Source of the DNA: Phoronis australis
Taxonomy: Eukaryota; Animalia; Phoronida
NCBI GenBank assembly: GCA_002633005.1
Contig: NMRA01000005.1
Coordinates: 287,678-351,677, forward strand
Direction of reading: 5' to 3'
Length of the DNA stretch: 64,000 nucleotides
Shown: positions 1-13,800 of the stretch, piece by piece
How the letters are laid out: every line of letters begins with the position of its first letter
Numbering within the stretch: the first letter of the stretch is position 1
Translations under genes and position numbers: made by a program
The notes under the pieces: model-generated
The model's database searches: none
Told to the model about the DNA's origin: nothing
The model's input: only the letters and a program-made list of their open reading frames with translations

Positions 1-1603
1 GCATTTCCAAAATCCAGCTCGCATTCATAAATGCCAGGTCGCAAAATTTTCCCGCCATTTTTACGCGCCAAAATTGATTTTAGATCATCGAGAAAATGTT
101 TAGATTATGCTCTTTCCTGCTGCGTTAAATACTCACAAATTTTAGATCCCAAAACTCATGACTTCGTTCATGAAGGTACGGCGTTACTGTTCTCATACAC
201 GACCGCCATTAAAAGTCTCTAGAGCGCAAGTCAAGTTCCCGACGTGAAAGTTGAATTAGTGCTCTCTAACTGACACGTGCATTGGAGTAGCTAAGTTTGC
301 GATTTGAAAAGGGAGAAAATGCCCGTTGAAAAAGTATCCGGGATTTTACTAGGTCTGACCTACTACTGGCTGGCATCAAAGTCGTTAAAGATTCGAACTA
401 ACTCCGAGAGCAAATTCCCTCCGCTTTTTGTTCGCAGCCCACATTTTGCAACTTAATTCATGTTTGAAAAACGTCTGTCGAAAAAAATCCGTGAAACGAT
501 GCTTTAACCAAATAAATAGTTCAGTGCAAATTTCACGACAAAAATGTGGTACTTATGCTGTTTACGTACTCAACAATTAGTTTTCCATGAAGTGAATAGC
601 CTCCAAATAATTTCCGACTCTCCGTGCGAGTTCCCATCTGGTAATGGCAAGTTTGCTCAATACCTTCCAGGTACGGGGAAAATAGGTCAGTCACAAAACG
701 GCACGCATGTCACTAGTGTTAACTTTCGGAGGTATAAAACAAAGCCGGGATTTGGTTTTTACTTATTGAGAAAAGACGTTTTTTGAAAACGGAATTTGTT
801 GTGTGAAATGAGAGTGACACACCATATAGGCTGCGCGAGTCAATTTTAAACCACGCGCGGTCGTTTGTAGTGCGATATGATGGGCGCTAGCCTAAACTGT
901 GGGCGCTTAATTGGAAATTCTCAAAAGTTGAGGGGGGGGGGTGATTTTACCCTCACCCAAAGGAAGTTGCCCTCTCGCAATGTACAAGCGCCTTTCCTCT
1001 CAGTGACAGAGTGCCTGGAGGCATCTTTTGCCAAAGTTCGATATGAAATGCAGATACAGTAAAACCTGGACCAATAGGGTGGAATCCAACTTGTCTGAAG
1101 AACCAAGTACTCTAAGTAGAACAATCATAGGCCTACTACGGAAATTAGTCTACATCTGACCTGTACATGTGCACCTTTTGCGAATTATACTGTATCTAAC
1201 GTATTTTGCCCTCTGGATTTTTGTCTTTGTTCCAATGAAATCCTCAGACTTTGTTTGTGCAATGCTGTTATACCACTGTTGTATTGCAAGCACATTTGTT
1301 TAATCATGATGTGGTGCAGATTTCATCTTAAAAACAGCATGCTCAGACCTACTCTTGCCCTTCAATGTAGTTTTGATACATGGACCGTGCCTGTGCTTGA
1401 CTTGTTCTTCTTATTAGCAAATTGGTTGAGGCACTGCATGGGAGAAAAGAAAGGTGCTTGTAAAAAGCTTGGAATTTGCAAGAAACTAATTGCTTACATA
1501 GTGATAATTATGATAAAGGCCGACTTGCAAGAGAAGAGTAATGAGTCTGTTTGATTGACAGTGGTTCACTTTTCGACTACATTTTACTTGGTCTTTCACA
1601 CAG

Positions 1604-1847
1604 GGTCACCAGATAGGCCAGATGTTCCATCTGAATACCGGTGGGTTCTTTGTACCAACAATGCCCCAGAACCAGCGAGGGTTCTGCCCAAGTCAGATTC
1701 CCCAGCCCGCTGGCATGCGACCCCAGAACAGCTTTCAGGTGGTGCAGGGTGGCGCCCAGGAGCGGCAAACCCGCCCCGCTGGCCAGGTGCGCAGCATTTC
1801 CAATGCCCGACCCATCACGGGCCAGCAACCTACTGGCTCTGCACCAG
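1604..1847 (+). CDS. Exon A1, PABPC Pro/Gln-rich linker-like (GHQIGQMFHLNTGGFFVPTMPQNQRGFCPSQIPQ...ARPITGQQPTGSAP)
   Basis: cacacag acceptor, G|gtaaga donor, phase 0>1. GFFVPT.P.NQR and AR.ITGQQ resemble the invertebrate PABPC linker as I recall it. Confidence 0.75.
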
Positions 1848-4800
1848 GTAAGAAATTTATCTGTGCGGTGATGCCCCATTCTGTGTCTATTTCAGCTGTG
1901 CTTTCTTGTTACTGGGGTTTTCTGTAGATAAGCCCATGGGCATGTATTCGGAAAATGAAAATTACCAGGCATTTCAGTAACATCAAATAAACGCACAGAT
2001 TCGGAAAGGGGGAGGCATATAAACGAAAAGTCGTAGCCTCCGCTGATATGAAAATATCAGCGATTTTTTTTGCATAAAACGTTTTTTAATTTTAAGTTAA
2101 TAAATATGTAGTTCACCCACACTTCGTTTGTTTTTTAGGTGATGAATGCTCCACAAAACTTGAATTTTTGGCTAAAAGTTGATGCTAAGTGGGCTTTTAA
2201 GAGGTCATTTTCCAAATAAAACTTCCACTATCTATCGAAACCAGCAAAATTTTGCTAGTGAACTTATGATTCGTAAACAATGCACGTTTAGATGCCATGG
2301 TCAAAGAAATAGGACTTTGCTAATATCACATAGCCAACTTGGTTAGATCAAACTATGGCTCACAGGTCAAACTATGCTTCACATGATCTAATGTATCACA
2401 TGTGGGTCAGAATCACTGGTCATCTGTTAGTTGGCATGAGCCTACTAAAAACCTCAAAAAATTCCCTTGCTGTTTTGGGGTATTTTGTGGCAGTTTTGTT
2501 GATTGTTGTTTGGGAATCTTAATGGAGGGGTTGTGCTTGGTGCTCTGTGAAAAAATGCGGTGAAATTGGCAGCTTTCCCCGTGAGGGCTATTCCAGCAAA
2601 ATCTGTATGGGAGGGGGGGAAGGCACTTTTATTTCGTACCCACCGCCCATATTTTCATTTATTTCTCCAACCCATGACCCATAATTTTTCAATTATTTTT
2701 AAAAATTTTTAAAACTTGTGAGGATCACAAAAGTATTGTTTGCAGAATGGTTCCGTATGTTGAACGGTTCCGCAACTGTCACATTGATCAACTAATTACT
2801 GTTAGGATTGTCACATCAAAAGTTTTAAGTGGCATTGATAATGGAATGCATTTTAAGATGATTGGTGAAAACAAATACCCCATAAAACCATTTTGTTTTG
2901 GAAATCGCTCCCTATGCAGAACGGTTCCGCATGCGGAACGGTTCCGCAACTGTCACTTTTATTAATTAACTATTGTTGGGGTAAAAATTCTGATACTTTT
3001 ATGTTTAATGCTTGTTCCACATTAAGATTCGAATATTTCGTGGCTTGTGTTAAGGTTCTACCAAAAGCGGTAAGATGTCATAGACAATATGTCGATTTTT
3101 CCCCGAGTCTGCTTGAGGTAGGTTTCTGCATCACAAACCATTCAGCAAGTTCCCCACTGATCAATCATTGTTCATGTTGACACATTGATATTTCCATATG
3201 CTATTGAGAATAGAGTATATTTCAACTGAAATGTGCAAGAAAATTTTTTTAAAACTTGTGAGGATCACAAAAGTATTGTTTGCGGAACGGTTCCGCAACT
3301 GTCACATTTATTAATTAATTATTGTTAGGGTAGAAATTCTGATAGTTTTATGTTTAATGCTTGTTGTACGTTAAGATTCGAATATTTCATGGCTTGTGTT
3401 AAGGTTCTACCAATAGCGGTAGACTGGATTAGACAAGATGTCATTTTTCCCGAGTCTGCTTGAGGTAGGTTTCTTCATCACAAACCATTCAGCAACTTCC
3501 CTACTGATTAATTATTGTTCATGTTGACACATTGATATTTTCATATGCTATTGAGAATAGAATATATTTCAACTGAAATGTGCAAGAAAATTTTATTAAA
3601 ATTGTGAGGATCTCAAAAGTATTGTTTGCGGAACGGTTCCGCATGCGGAACGGTTTCGCAACTGTCACATTGATCAACTAATTACTGTTAGGATTGTCAC
3701 ATCGATACTTTCAAGTGGTACTGATTATGGAATGCATTTTAACTTCATTGGTCATGAGGATTTAAAAAAATTGTGTTCTCCAAAAAACTATTCTGTTTGC
3801 GGAACCGTTCCGCATGTGGAACCATTCTGCAACCGTCACATTGATTAACATATTATTGAGAGTGTATTCCGTGCTGCCATTATGGCGTTTTTTGCATGCC
3901 CAACTTGCAGAGTCTTAGTTAGTTTTATCTATTACGTCATAATAAATGACAATATCCGCAATCCTCCTCTTGTTTTACTCTGCAACATAGCTCGTGGCGT
4001 ACCCCGGGCAAAATAGATTACAATAAATACTCTCAAGTACTATTGAGAATGGAATGTAATTCATGTTTATTGGGCCGGGAGAAAATTAAAAAGTCTTGTG
4101 CTAAACTTTTCTGTTTGTGGAACCCTTCTGGAACTTTCACTTTGATTTTTAAAAATAAATTATTAATTTGATTATTATTCCTCAAAATATACATAATATT
4201 TCTCAAGTCACAGTATTCCACAAAACTTGCGCAGTATTCTGCAAGTACGTAATGTTCCGAAAAATCTGCGTAATATTCCACAAAATCTGCGGAATATTTC
4301 GCACATTTGCGGAAAATTCCGCAAGGCAAAAATTGAACTTCTAATTAAGAAAATGCTAATTGAGGAAATAAAAATGTAACATTGTAAACATGTTTAGGGT
4401 AAGGTATAGATTTGTTACATACCATTTTTTATGGCCCTAAGTGGATATTAAAAAAGTGCAGAACCGTTCCGCACACTTTGAGACTAAATAAGATAGTCTC
4501 ATTTGAGAAAATATCGCCTTCTACGAAGCTGACGATGATTTCCTGACGACTTCTTACTGTGACGCCTCCTAGTGGCAGTTTTTTTTGCGCCCATGGCTGT
4601 ATCTCCTAAACCGTTTGCAAGATCTTTGCTAAATTTAGCAAGTAGAGTGTATTTATATTATATTCGAAATGGATGACAACAACTTTCAGACGGATCTGAC
4701 TACCACTGTGCCCCATAGTGGTAATTTTAGTTTTTTAGGTTTACCTCTGTATGTTCAAAGGTCTTCAACAGGTTTTCAGAAAATTTCGAATATAGGCATC

Positions 4801-7800
4801 TATTGGTGAGATGATGCTATCCTCTTGTTTTCGGTTGGAATTGAGGTACTTTGCGCCACCTAGTGGCCATTTTTCCTGTTTTCAAGTCTGTTTTTGGCAT
4901 CCACCCCTCGATCAATCAAACCATTCTAAGGATGATTTTTAAAATTGGCATGTATGTTGTCAGTGTGAAGAGGGTGGTTGACTATAACGAATTCGACTAC
5001 TGTGGCACCTCCTAGTGGTAGTTTTGTTTTGTTTTGTGCCCATAGCTGCATCTCCGTAACACACTACATGATCTTTATCATTTTTTTTTAAATTAATAAT
5101 TGTATTTTTATCAAGCTAACAACAGATGACTTCTTTCAGGCCGATCCAATGAAGGCTGTGCCCCATAGTGGCAATTTATATTTTCCGTTTTCCTTCATTT
5201 CTCTGAAGTTCCTTGAGAGATTTTTATGAAATTTAGTAAATATGTTTCTATTAAAGAAGCGATGGCATATTCCCGTTCTCAGATGGATTGGATTTTTTGC
5301 GCCATCTAGTGGCTATTTTTATGAAACAAATAAACAACCCCAGAAGTACACCGTTTGCGGTGCATTCGTGGTGCATTCAACACTCTGCGTTGTTCTTGTT
5401 ATAAATGATAAATGTGCCACAAAACTTGGAATTTTTGGCTAAAAGTTCGCTCTAAGTGGGCTTTTTAAGAGGACATTTCTCGAATAACCTCTCCACTATC
5501 TGGACACTGACACCAGAAGTTGTAACACCAGGGGCATTTCTTCTGCATAATTTTCCGAATGAACGTCCATATGTGTTTCATTGGAGGGGCTTATCTAGTA
5601 CGGAAAAACCTGGTACTAGGAAATAGCTTTCTAGTGTGCATTAGTAATATTATTCGTTTTCAAGTTGTACCTTTTTATTTACTTCAATAAAGTAACTGAA
5701 TTTTGTAAACCTACCTTGCAATTTTATTTTTATGTGACCTTTTGACTTAGTGTATTGCACTTAAAGATTATCAATGATTTCAATCTATTCATTTGTTGCA
5801 TATTCAATATTTTCTCCTTAATTTTACTTGTCACTTAACAACTCCATATCGAAACTAGCAGAATTTTGCTAGTGAACTTATGATTTGTAAACAATTCACG
5901 TTTCGATGCCATAATCAAAGAAATAGGGCCTTGCTAGTATCACATAGCCAACTGGGTTAGGTCAAACTATGAGCAACTCACAGGTCAAACTATGCTTCAC
6001 ATGATCTAATGTATCACATGTGGGTCAGAATCACTGGCCATCTGATAGCTGGCACGAGCCTAGTAAAAACCTCAAACATTCCCTTGCTGTTTTGGAGTAT
6101 CTTGTGACAGTTTTTTAGATTGTTGTTTGGGAATCGGGGGTTTGTGCTTGGCACTTTGTGAAAAAATGCGGTGAAATTGACAGCTTTCCTGTGAGATATT
6201 CATGATATGAAATGAAAGTCATGATGATCTGATATAATAGAACATTCAGAATGTAATTTCCAACATGCTATAAACAGTCCCACAAAATAAGATTGGTCCT
6301 AACCCCGCTTGTCAAGGTAAACGGTGGGGTTTGGAAAATTGAACTAGACCGTATTTATCCACCTTGGCTGAGTCGCGCTCAGCTCACGATCAAAGGGATG
6401 CCACCAAGCTGCTCTATTAACTAAAAGATTTTGACTGTGAAATTATATTGCTGATTTTGATGATGCTATTTATTTGTTACAGTAAGGTATCGCATAATAT
6501 TCACTTGCAGTTCATGGTATACCAGCCAACCAGCCGGGTTGTCCAGTTGCCGCCATGCCAGGGGCACCGGGACCTCGTCCCTCGTATAGATATGTACCCA
6601 GTGTACGCAACCAGCCCCAACCACCGATGCAGGGAGTACCAGCTGGTCAGCAAGTAAGTCTCTTTTCTCAGGGGCCACTGTAATTCCTGTACACGGCAAA
6701 AAAGCTGTCAAAATGACTTGAAATTCCCTTTCTTGATGACTGAATGGAACCCAAATTTGTCGGAGTAGTTTTTCCCTCATGACCGAAAATGAAAAGTAAT
6801 TACAGAATCTGCCGTCATGACATGCATAAGTGGTATTTTGGGTGATTATTTTCGGTCTTGTACTCAAGGTGATGATTAGAATTATAGAGTTAGCAATGCT
6901 TTAACTGTGGAATAGAGAGGAGGCTGTGTAGCCTGGTGTGACAGGTGGAGGCTCCTTTCACTTTAAGTCGTGGGTTTGAGTCCCATTGCAGGGACATACC
7001 CAGGTTTCAAAACCCTAGTCACCAGCTGGGCGAGTGAGCCAGAAAATCTACTCGCCCAGCCCGAAGTTCAGTCGCCTGGCCGTTTGCGTCTGTCTCCACA
7101 AACTTGCTGCCAGTATCAATAAAAATCATCGTTTCTTGTGCTGATGTCACCATCTATTAGGGCTACCGTCGGTATTCACCCTTATAAGCGCCCAGGGTGC
7201 TTAGAAAAATTCGTTTCGGAAAGGGGGCGCTTTGTTGTAGCCTAAGGCGGTTGAAATCCGGTCTCTGAAACGGGTGAAATCGGAAGCTAGGATTCATCAA
7301 ATTTACGTGCTGTGACGTATCTATAACCTATAACAGACTTTTTACAAAACTGTGGTGCATTGCTATCAAACTTTGTTGTTAAATTACGATTTTTTTAAAA
7401 AAAAAAGTGTGCTCAAATCCCCACTTGCCGACTGATGCGTCGCTGCCTCGCGATCGTCGATAGAGCAACTTGAATTCTTGAGTAAAAATACAGTTTCGAC
7501 CCAACAAATTTCTTGAAATCCTCCTCAAGTTTTCCAAATGGTGTCCCTAAAATTTTTAATTTCCTGTGGAGTCGGGGAAACTGCAGATTAAGTCCAAATC
7601 TGTGCTAGCTCGCATCCCGCAACACGAGAAAAATCTGGACAAACACACATGTTGTTGTCACATGACGTTCGTTTTGAAGTTAGTCTGCAAGTGTGCGGCG
7701 AGTGAGTGAGTGTGTGCGTGTCATTAGAGTTCATTTGCCAGAATAGCAGTCCCATATATGTATAGGCCCTAGCGTGCGCTTCTTGGCCATGTGCTCATTA

Positions 7801-10800
7801 ACACTGGTCAAGTTTTGATTTGCAGTTTTTACGTGTACAAAGTAATCTGGATTCCTGTTGAGGGAAAAGATCTGTACGGGAAAGATACAATACTATACAA
7901 TCCCGTTGACAAGTACGCTGCGTCTGGTCTGAAAGGCCTGATCATAGTGGGACACGTTACTCGCAAGATCAGTAAAACTTTTGCGTTATTTTGGAAGCAC
8001 TGCGGAAGTTTGAACAAGTCCCCGTTGTGGAAAAAAGACCACGTGGCAAAGGATTGTCGTTTTAAGGAGACTGAATGCTGTTTCTGTCACAAGAAAGGTC
8101 ATATAGAGGCTGTATGTCTAAGCAAAAGAAAGGCTAGGGATAAAGTAAGCAGTACTTTTAGCAAGGCCAGAACAGAAAGTTAATCACATTTCGAATAGAG
8201 ACCCAATTCACATTGTTGTTCATATATGCAGCAAAAAACAGACAGTTGACGTAGATACTGGATCACTGGACAATTTCATTTTGGAGAAGGTTTGGTTTAA
8301 GGTAAAACGGCTACTACAGATATCGGTAATTACAAACTTAGGTTATATAATATGTTGAACTGTATACATAAGTGGTGAATAGAAAGTTAAGTAATATATT
8401 ACACCATAATATTCAGCCTCGAAGGGCAGATACAACCATGTAATAACCCATAAAGTTATCTCACTACTGAGATAACATTTTGGCGGGAAAGCGAGGCCGG
8501 ATTCGAACCCGGGCCTCAACAGTTGCGAGTCGCCGACTTTACCACTACACCACTCAGCGGCTGACGTCATCGAACGTGAAAATAGAATGCTTAAATGAGC
8601 ACGCGCAACAATCGCATGTTCAGCAAAGGGCATTGCACCGACATTTATACACTATGAAAAATAAGACGCATAATATCCATAAAAACGATATTTTAATTCA
8701 GTGAAATTTTTCTCTCGTGTTCTCTCACTTGTAAATCACCGATCTCCAATTTGAATGCAGGTGTCGTGTGGTCGGGATCCTTTGACTTGAGCATTATAGT
8801 CAGTTACTAGTGGTAACCTACTTTAGCAGACGATATATTCTCGGTCGAAGCTTACCGTGATAAAATGGGCAGTAAGCTATAACAGTTGCTAAACCTTAAT
8901 TTATAGATTCACTTTATTTCTATTTTGTTTTATTTTGCAATTGGTTTTGAGTAAAAGCATTATTTTACAAAAATATCTTGGCTTTTCTTAAAAGGTCACG
9001 ACCTCTGACCCCGGTCCTCTGACATAGAAAGTAGTTACAAAGCTGAGGGGAGTCGAGAAAGGTAGATCAATTCATTGCAATGTTTCTCGTTCAGTATGTG
9101 GTATAAATAGAATTCATTACATGTTCTCAGTCGTTATCCCCCTTATATAGAGCCCTCGTGAATTTTGTAGAATTATCACCCTCGGGCTAAAGCCCCTCGG
9201 GCAATAATTCTCCAAAATCCTCTCGGGCTCTAGATAACGGGGGATAACGACTTCGCCATGTAATAATCTATGGAAGCATAACAGCAACACCGGGACAGCG
9301 ACATGGGAAATATAAGCATAAACACGGAAGTAAGGAAAACTGGTTTGAGTGAGGGAGGGATCAAAGAGAATTTGAGTGAAAACTGACATTTGGAGAGAAT
9401 TTTGGACCATGGCCCAGTGTTGCAACGAGATCACGCGGTACAATTAAACCAATAATCGTAGAACAAAGAGGGTCACTGACCCGAGAATCCAAACAATATG
9501 ATAATGAGGACGAAGCTGTATAGCTTACATAAAATAATTTAATACTTAAATAATTTTTATATGCGCTTACTGCGAAGCGATACCGAAGCTAGTTTACAGT
9601 GAAACAACACGTGTAGATGATATAAAAGGTCATGTATATTACGATAAACTAAACTACTACAGATATCGGTAATTACAAAAGTTATATAATATGTTGAACT
9701 GTAAAGGTGTGTGACAGTCTGCCACAGATGCAGTAGAAAGATGCATCCGCCCACCCAAGGGAGAGTGAGCGAGGCTGACAAAAGGAACATAAGAAAAAGG
9801 GGCAAAAGTAAGCACCTAAATAGGAAAATACGAAAATACGAACAGGGAGTGGTACAGCTAGGCAGCATGACAAAACAAAAACAAAATTATAGAGCGACAC
9901 AAACAAGGTGTCGAAATCATAGTAACTGAAACCCAGAGGAATATAAGGCTAACATAGATAAAAACTAAGGATTATACATAAGGAACATATCAACCAACAA
10001 AAAACATGCTGTCTATATAGGCATAAGTAAACAGAAATGGTTAAGATACATACAGATAAGTAACAGCAAACGGAGGCACCGTCAAAAGTAAACCTATAAA
10101 AAGTATTGAAAAGTGCTAAGTGGAGAATAACCCATTATAGAGCATGGGGTAACCCAACAAGTAAAAGGGGGCAGGAAAGACTGCCCAGGAGGGAGAACCC
10201 CGAAAAGGTGAGTGGAAAGGGCATGGCAATGAAAATGGAGAATGAGTGAATTAGGACACTGGCAATACAGGCGCCCTAGGGTGTTAAATGGGGTGAGTGA
10301 AGTAGACGCTGGAAATACAGGTGCCCCGTGATGAAAAGGGGGTGGTGAGTGGGGGGGAGGCACTGGCAATACAGTCGCCCCCAGGATGAAGAGGCGGTGC
10401 AAGGAGGGGAAGCACTGACTGTAGAGCCGCCCCTGGGTGGTGGATGATCATGTCAATGAAGGAGTGGGAATGTTAGCAGCAGGCAAGTTTAATGAGGAGA
10501 GTTGAATGTAGTTCTTGAGCGCGTCAGACTTCCAGCGACCCATACGCTGAATGGAGTCTGGAATTTGGAGGGTAGCAGCGGAGGTGGCTGCACCGATACG
10601 AAAACTATGAGATTTATAGCGTTGAGGATCGAGACCGACGCACCCGAGTACCAAGTTAAGGTGGCGAGTGAAGTAAGAGCGAGTTATGGGGGAACCATTA
10701 GGTAACTGGAAGAGAGGGCTGGAAGAGTGGTTGGAGAGAGTGAGGTAAGTGTTGAAAGATTGCAACAGGGCAATGGGGACCAGTAGAAGGGGGGATAACG

Positions 10801-13800
10801 AGAGTGGTAGGGGTGTGATCGTGGTGTTTGAAGTGGGAGCTAGTGAGAGACATGGACATAGAGGTGACTGAGACGTCAGACACCTGGAAGACAGAAATTG
10901 GGGGTGAGGCAGAGGTGGTGACAGTAAATTCGCTAACACGAAGGAAGGCGTGAAAGGCGATAGAAAACATAACAGCACAGAGAGATGTGTGGGAGTGAGA
11001 GTTGAGAGCAGAGGGTAAGGCGTTGAGGTGAAGAATAGGTGTAGTTATGGGGAGCCGGGTGTCCACGGATGGCCGCGAATTGGACACCCCCTTCAGAATT
11101 TTCTTGACTAGAAAGGAGGAGGTAGGGTCAGGCAAGGAGTCCAGTTTATGAATGAAACCTATGGCGGAGACATAGGTAGAGATGGTGGATGCAGTTAAGC
11201 CAGACGAGAAGAGATGTGCTAGAGACATGGGAAATATAAGCATAAACAGGGAAGTAATGAAAATTGGTTTGAGGGAGGGAGGGAAAGAGAATTTGAGTGG
11301 AAACTGAAATTTGGAGAGAATTGTGGACGATGGCCCAGTGTTGTGACCAGACAAAGAGATCACGTGGTACAATTAAACCAATAATCGTAGAACAAAGAGG
11401 GTCACTGACCCGAGACTCCAAACAATATGATAGTGTGAATGAAGCAGTATAGCTTACATAAAATAATTTACCGTAATACTTAAATAATTTTTATCTCCAT
11501 CACACAGTCAGTATTTCACGGCAAATGAAAAACCATTACCAGTTTTGGGAATTTTCAGTAGAAACGCAACATTACAGTCCGACTCGCAACATACAACAAA
11601 CATTGAATTAGTAATAAGCAAACACGATTTGAATATTGTTGGCTGAACGGCAGTTCGACAGTTAAAGATTGATGTCACTGCACTTTGTAGGAATTCCATT
11701 TTGCGTGATGACAACCAAAATGACAAAGTTGGTTTTTGTCAGAATATAGTTTGACAGTATTATTAGTTGTATTGTTTTGTTTTGTTATTCAGTTTGATTG
11801 GCATGACCCCTGAATTAAGTACAATGATGATGTAATTTGTTTTCTACAGAATGGTATGGAACTTTCTAGTAGACTGAGTTCAGTAGTGATGATGTAATTT
11901 GTTTACTGCAGTATTGTGTGGAACTTTCTAGAAGACTTCGGCATGTCAGTGATTAATGCAGTCTGGAATATTCTAGATACTAGTATATGTTTGTAGAATG
12001 ATTGGGTAGATTCAGGAAAGTTCTAGAATGAATGTGCTTGAATTGATGTACAGTTCCAGAACAATGCATTAGGCTATAAATACACAAGCACGGGTTTGTG
12101 TTAGAGAGATCAAGTCAGTCGAGTCCAAGAAGATATAGTCAGTTCATCAGAAGTTCAAGAAAGTTAATCAGGAGAATTACGGTTAAGTTGCAGTGAAAGG
12201 AATCAGCAGTTACAGCGATAGTCAATAGAGAGCCAGCTATAGAGACAGCAGGTTATTGAATTGGCGAGTGTAACATTTGCTGAACGTGTCTCAGAAGTTC
12301 ATCACAAGTCAAGGCTTCGCAGCACTGGCTGGAGCATAAACAGACATTACGTCGGACGTTTTGTTTGAGTAAGGCTTGTGAACATACAGTCGGGATTAAT
12401 AAAGGATTAACTCGAACCAGTCTTCAGTCTATCGTCGCACCGAAAGCTATTAGCACCAGTTTGTAACAACCTGCGCCCACCCACACACGGGGAAAAACGT
12501 GACAGTGTTGTTTTTCATGAGGACAAGAAAAGTGATTTAGAGTTTCAGCACATGTGCAAAAATCATCTGCGATGAATTTCCAGACCTATTCAAACCTGGG
12601 ATGTTTAAAAGGTTTCGAATTAAATATAAAATTCAAGCCTGATATGTCCAACCAATATTTTGCAAACCTCGCACTGTTTGCATTACTGGATGACTTGAAT
12701 CAGGCATAAGATGCTGATATTAAACGAGGAATTTGGGAAACTACACAATTCAGTGAGTATGGAATACCAGTTGTCCCGATAAGAAAAGCCCTGCAGCTTC
12801 CTGACTAAAGTAAATGGAGATTAAGAGCATGCGGAGATTATTCAATAACGATAAATCCTCAGCTTGAAACTCATCGACATCCGCTACCCCTGCCTGAAGA
12901 TCTTATGTGAAAATTAATTACTCAGTGGCCGCTTGTATTTCACAAAAATTGATTTGGCGGATGCGTATAATCAGATTAAATTAACTTTGGAAAGTCAGAG
13001 ACGTCTGGCACTATCCACACATCGTGGAGTTCTTCTACAAAAGAGATTGCCATTTTGGGATTAGTTCAGCCCCTGGTTATTTCTAGGATATCCGTCAGTC
13101 TATTCTTGATCAAGACTTTTTGGAATGCATGCTATCCACATTATACATCAATACCCAATAGAAAATGTGATGTAGATGCCATGCAAATAAATTGAGGTCA
13201 CGACCACAGCTGACACAGAGGCTGTAGTCGGACACTGAACCAAAATAATCGACGAATCACAACAGTACAAAGATTCATGATTTTGGAATGGACAAGACAG
13301 AAACAAGTTTTATTTGCCAGAAATAATATCCAGCTATCATCACTACAATTAGATGTGATCGTTACTGCCAAACGTACATTTGAAGCATTGAAATCAGTGT
13401 CCGCTATTCGCAACTGGGCTTCGACCGTCAAGGTACATACTTCGGTTAGAATTACATGTATTACTCAACGCTGAAGTGGTTAAAAATTAAATCGTGATTC
13501 CGTAAAAGGACTGTCCGTAGACTCCGACTCGGCTTCACTCGCCAAAGCCGCTGGTGCCAGAGCATATAGTTCGTATGGCCTCAAATACGCAGTCTGCTGA
13601 TATGGCAGCAATTAAGGTCTAACTCATTACCTATTTCACCTATGGTATGGCCTGAGTGTCATCTTCATCCCCATCTCCATACCTGCAACGTACTATTCAA
13701 TGTTTTCTACTGATGACATCATATGGCGGGAAACCAAATTATCATTAACTTTTCTTTAAAATTCCTTAATTCTTTCCCAAAATAAGCGCTTGTTTGGTTT

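Larger units (their letters stand above)
4525..8010 (+). repeat. Segmental duplication unit (copy at 20470-23955); 1290-2130 also matches 19190-20045
   Basis: Colinear direct match with a ~16-18 kb offset, including both exons. Confidence 0.9.
8305..11490 (-). mobile_element. Tyrosine-recombinase element insertion with partial head-to-tail repetition
   Basis: Absent from the paralogous Gypsy copy; 11225-11490 repeats at 9300-9560 and 9654-9702 repeats at 8311-8363. Confidence 0.7.
8015..13092 (+). mobile_element. Duplicated partial copy of the Gypsy element, interrupted by later insertions
   Basis: 8015-8300, 11490-11736 and 12505-13092 align with 25056-26172. Confidence 0.88.

Noticed and set aside
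6466-6867. 133-aa minus-strand ORF repeated identically at 22408-22809
   Set aside because: Antisense shadow of exon B within the duplicated tract; no recognisable motifs.
8491-8558. tRNA gene
   Set aside because: A and B boxes are present but the acceptor and anticodon stems do not pair; treated as a tRNA-derived repeat.
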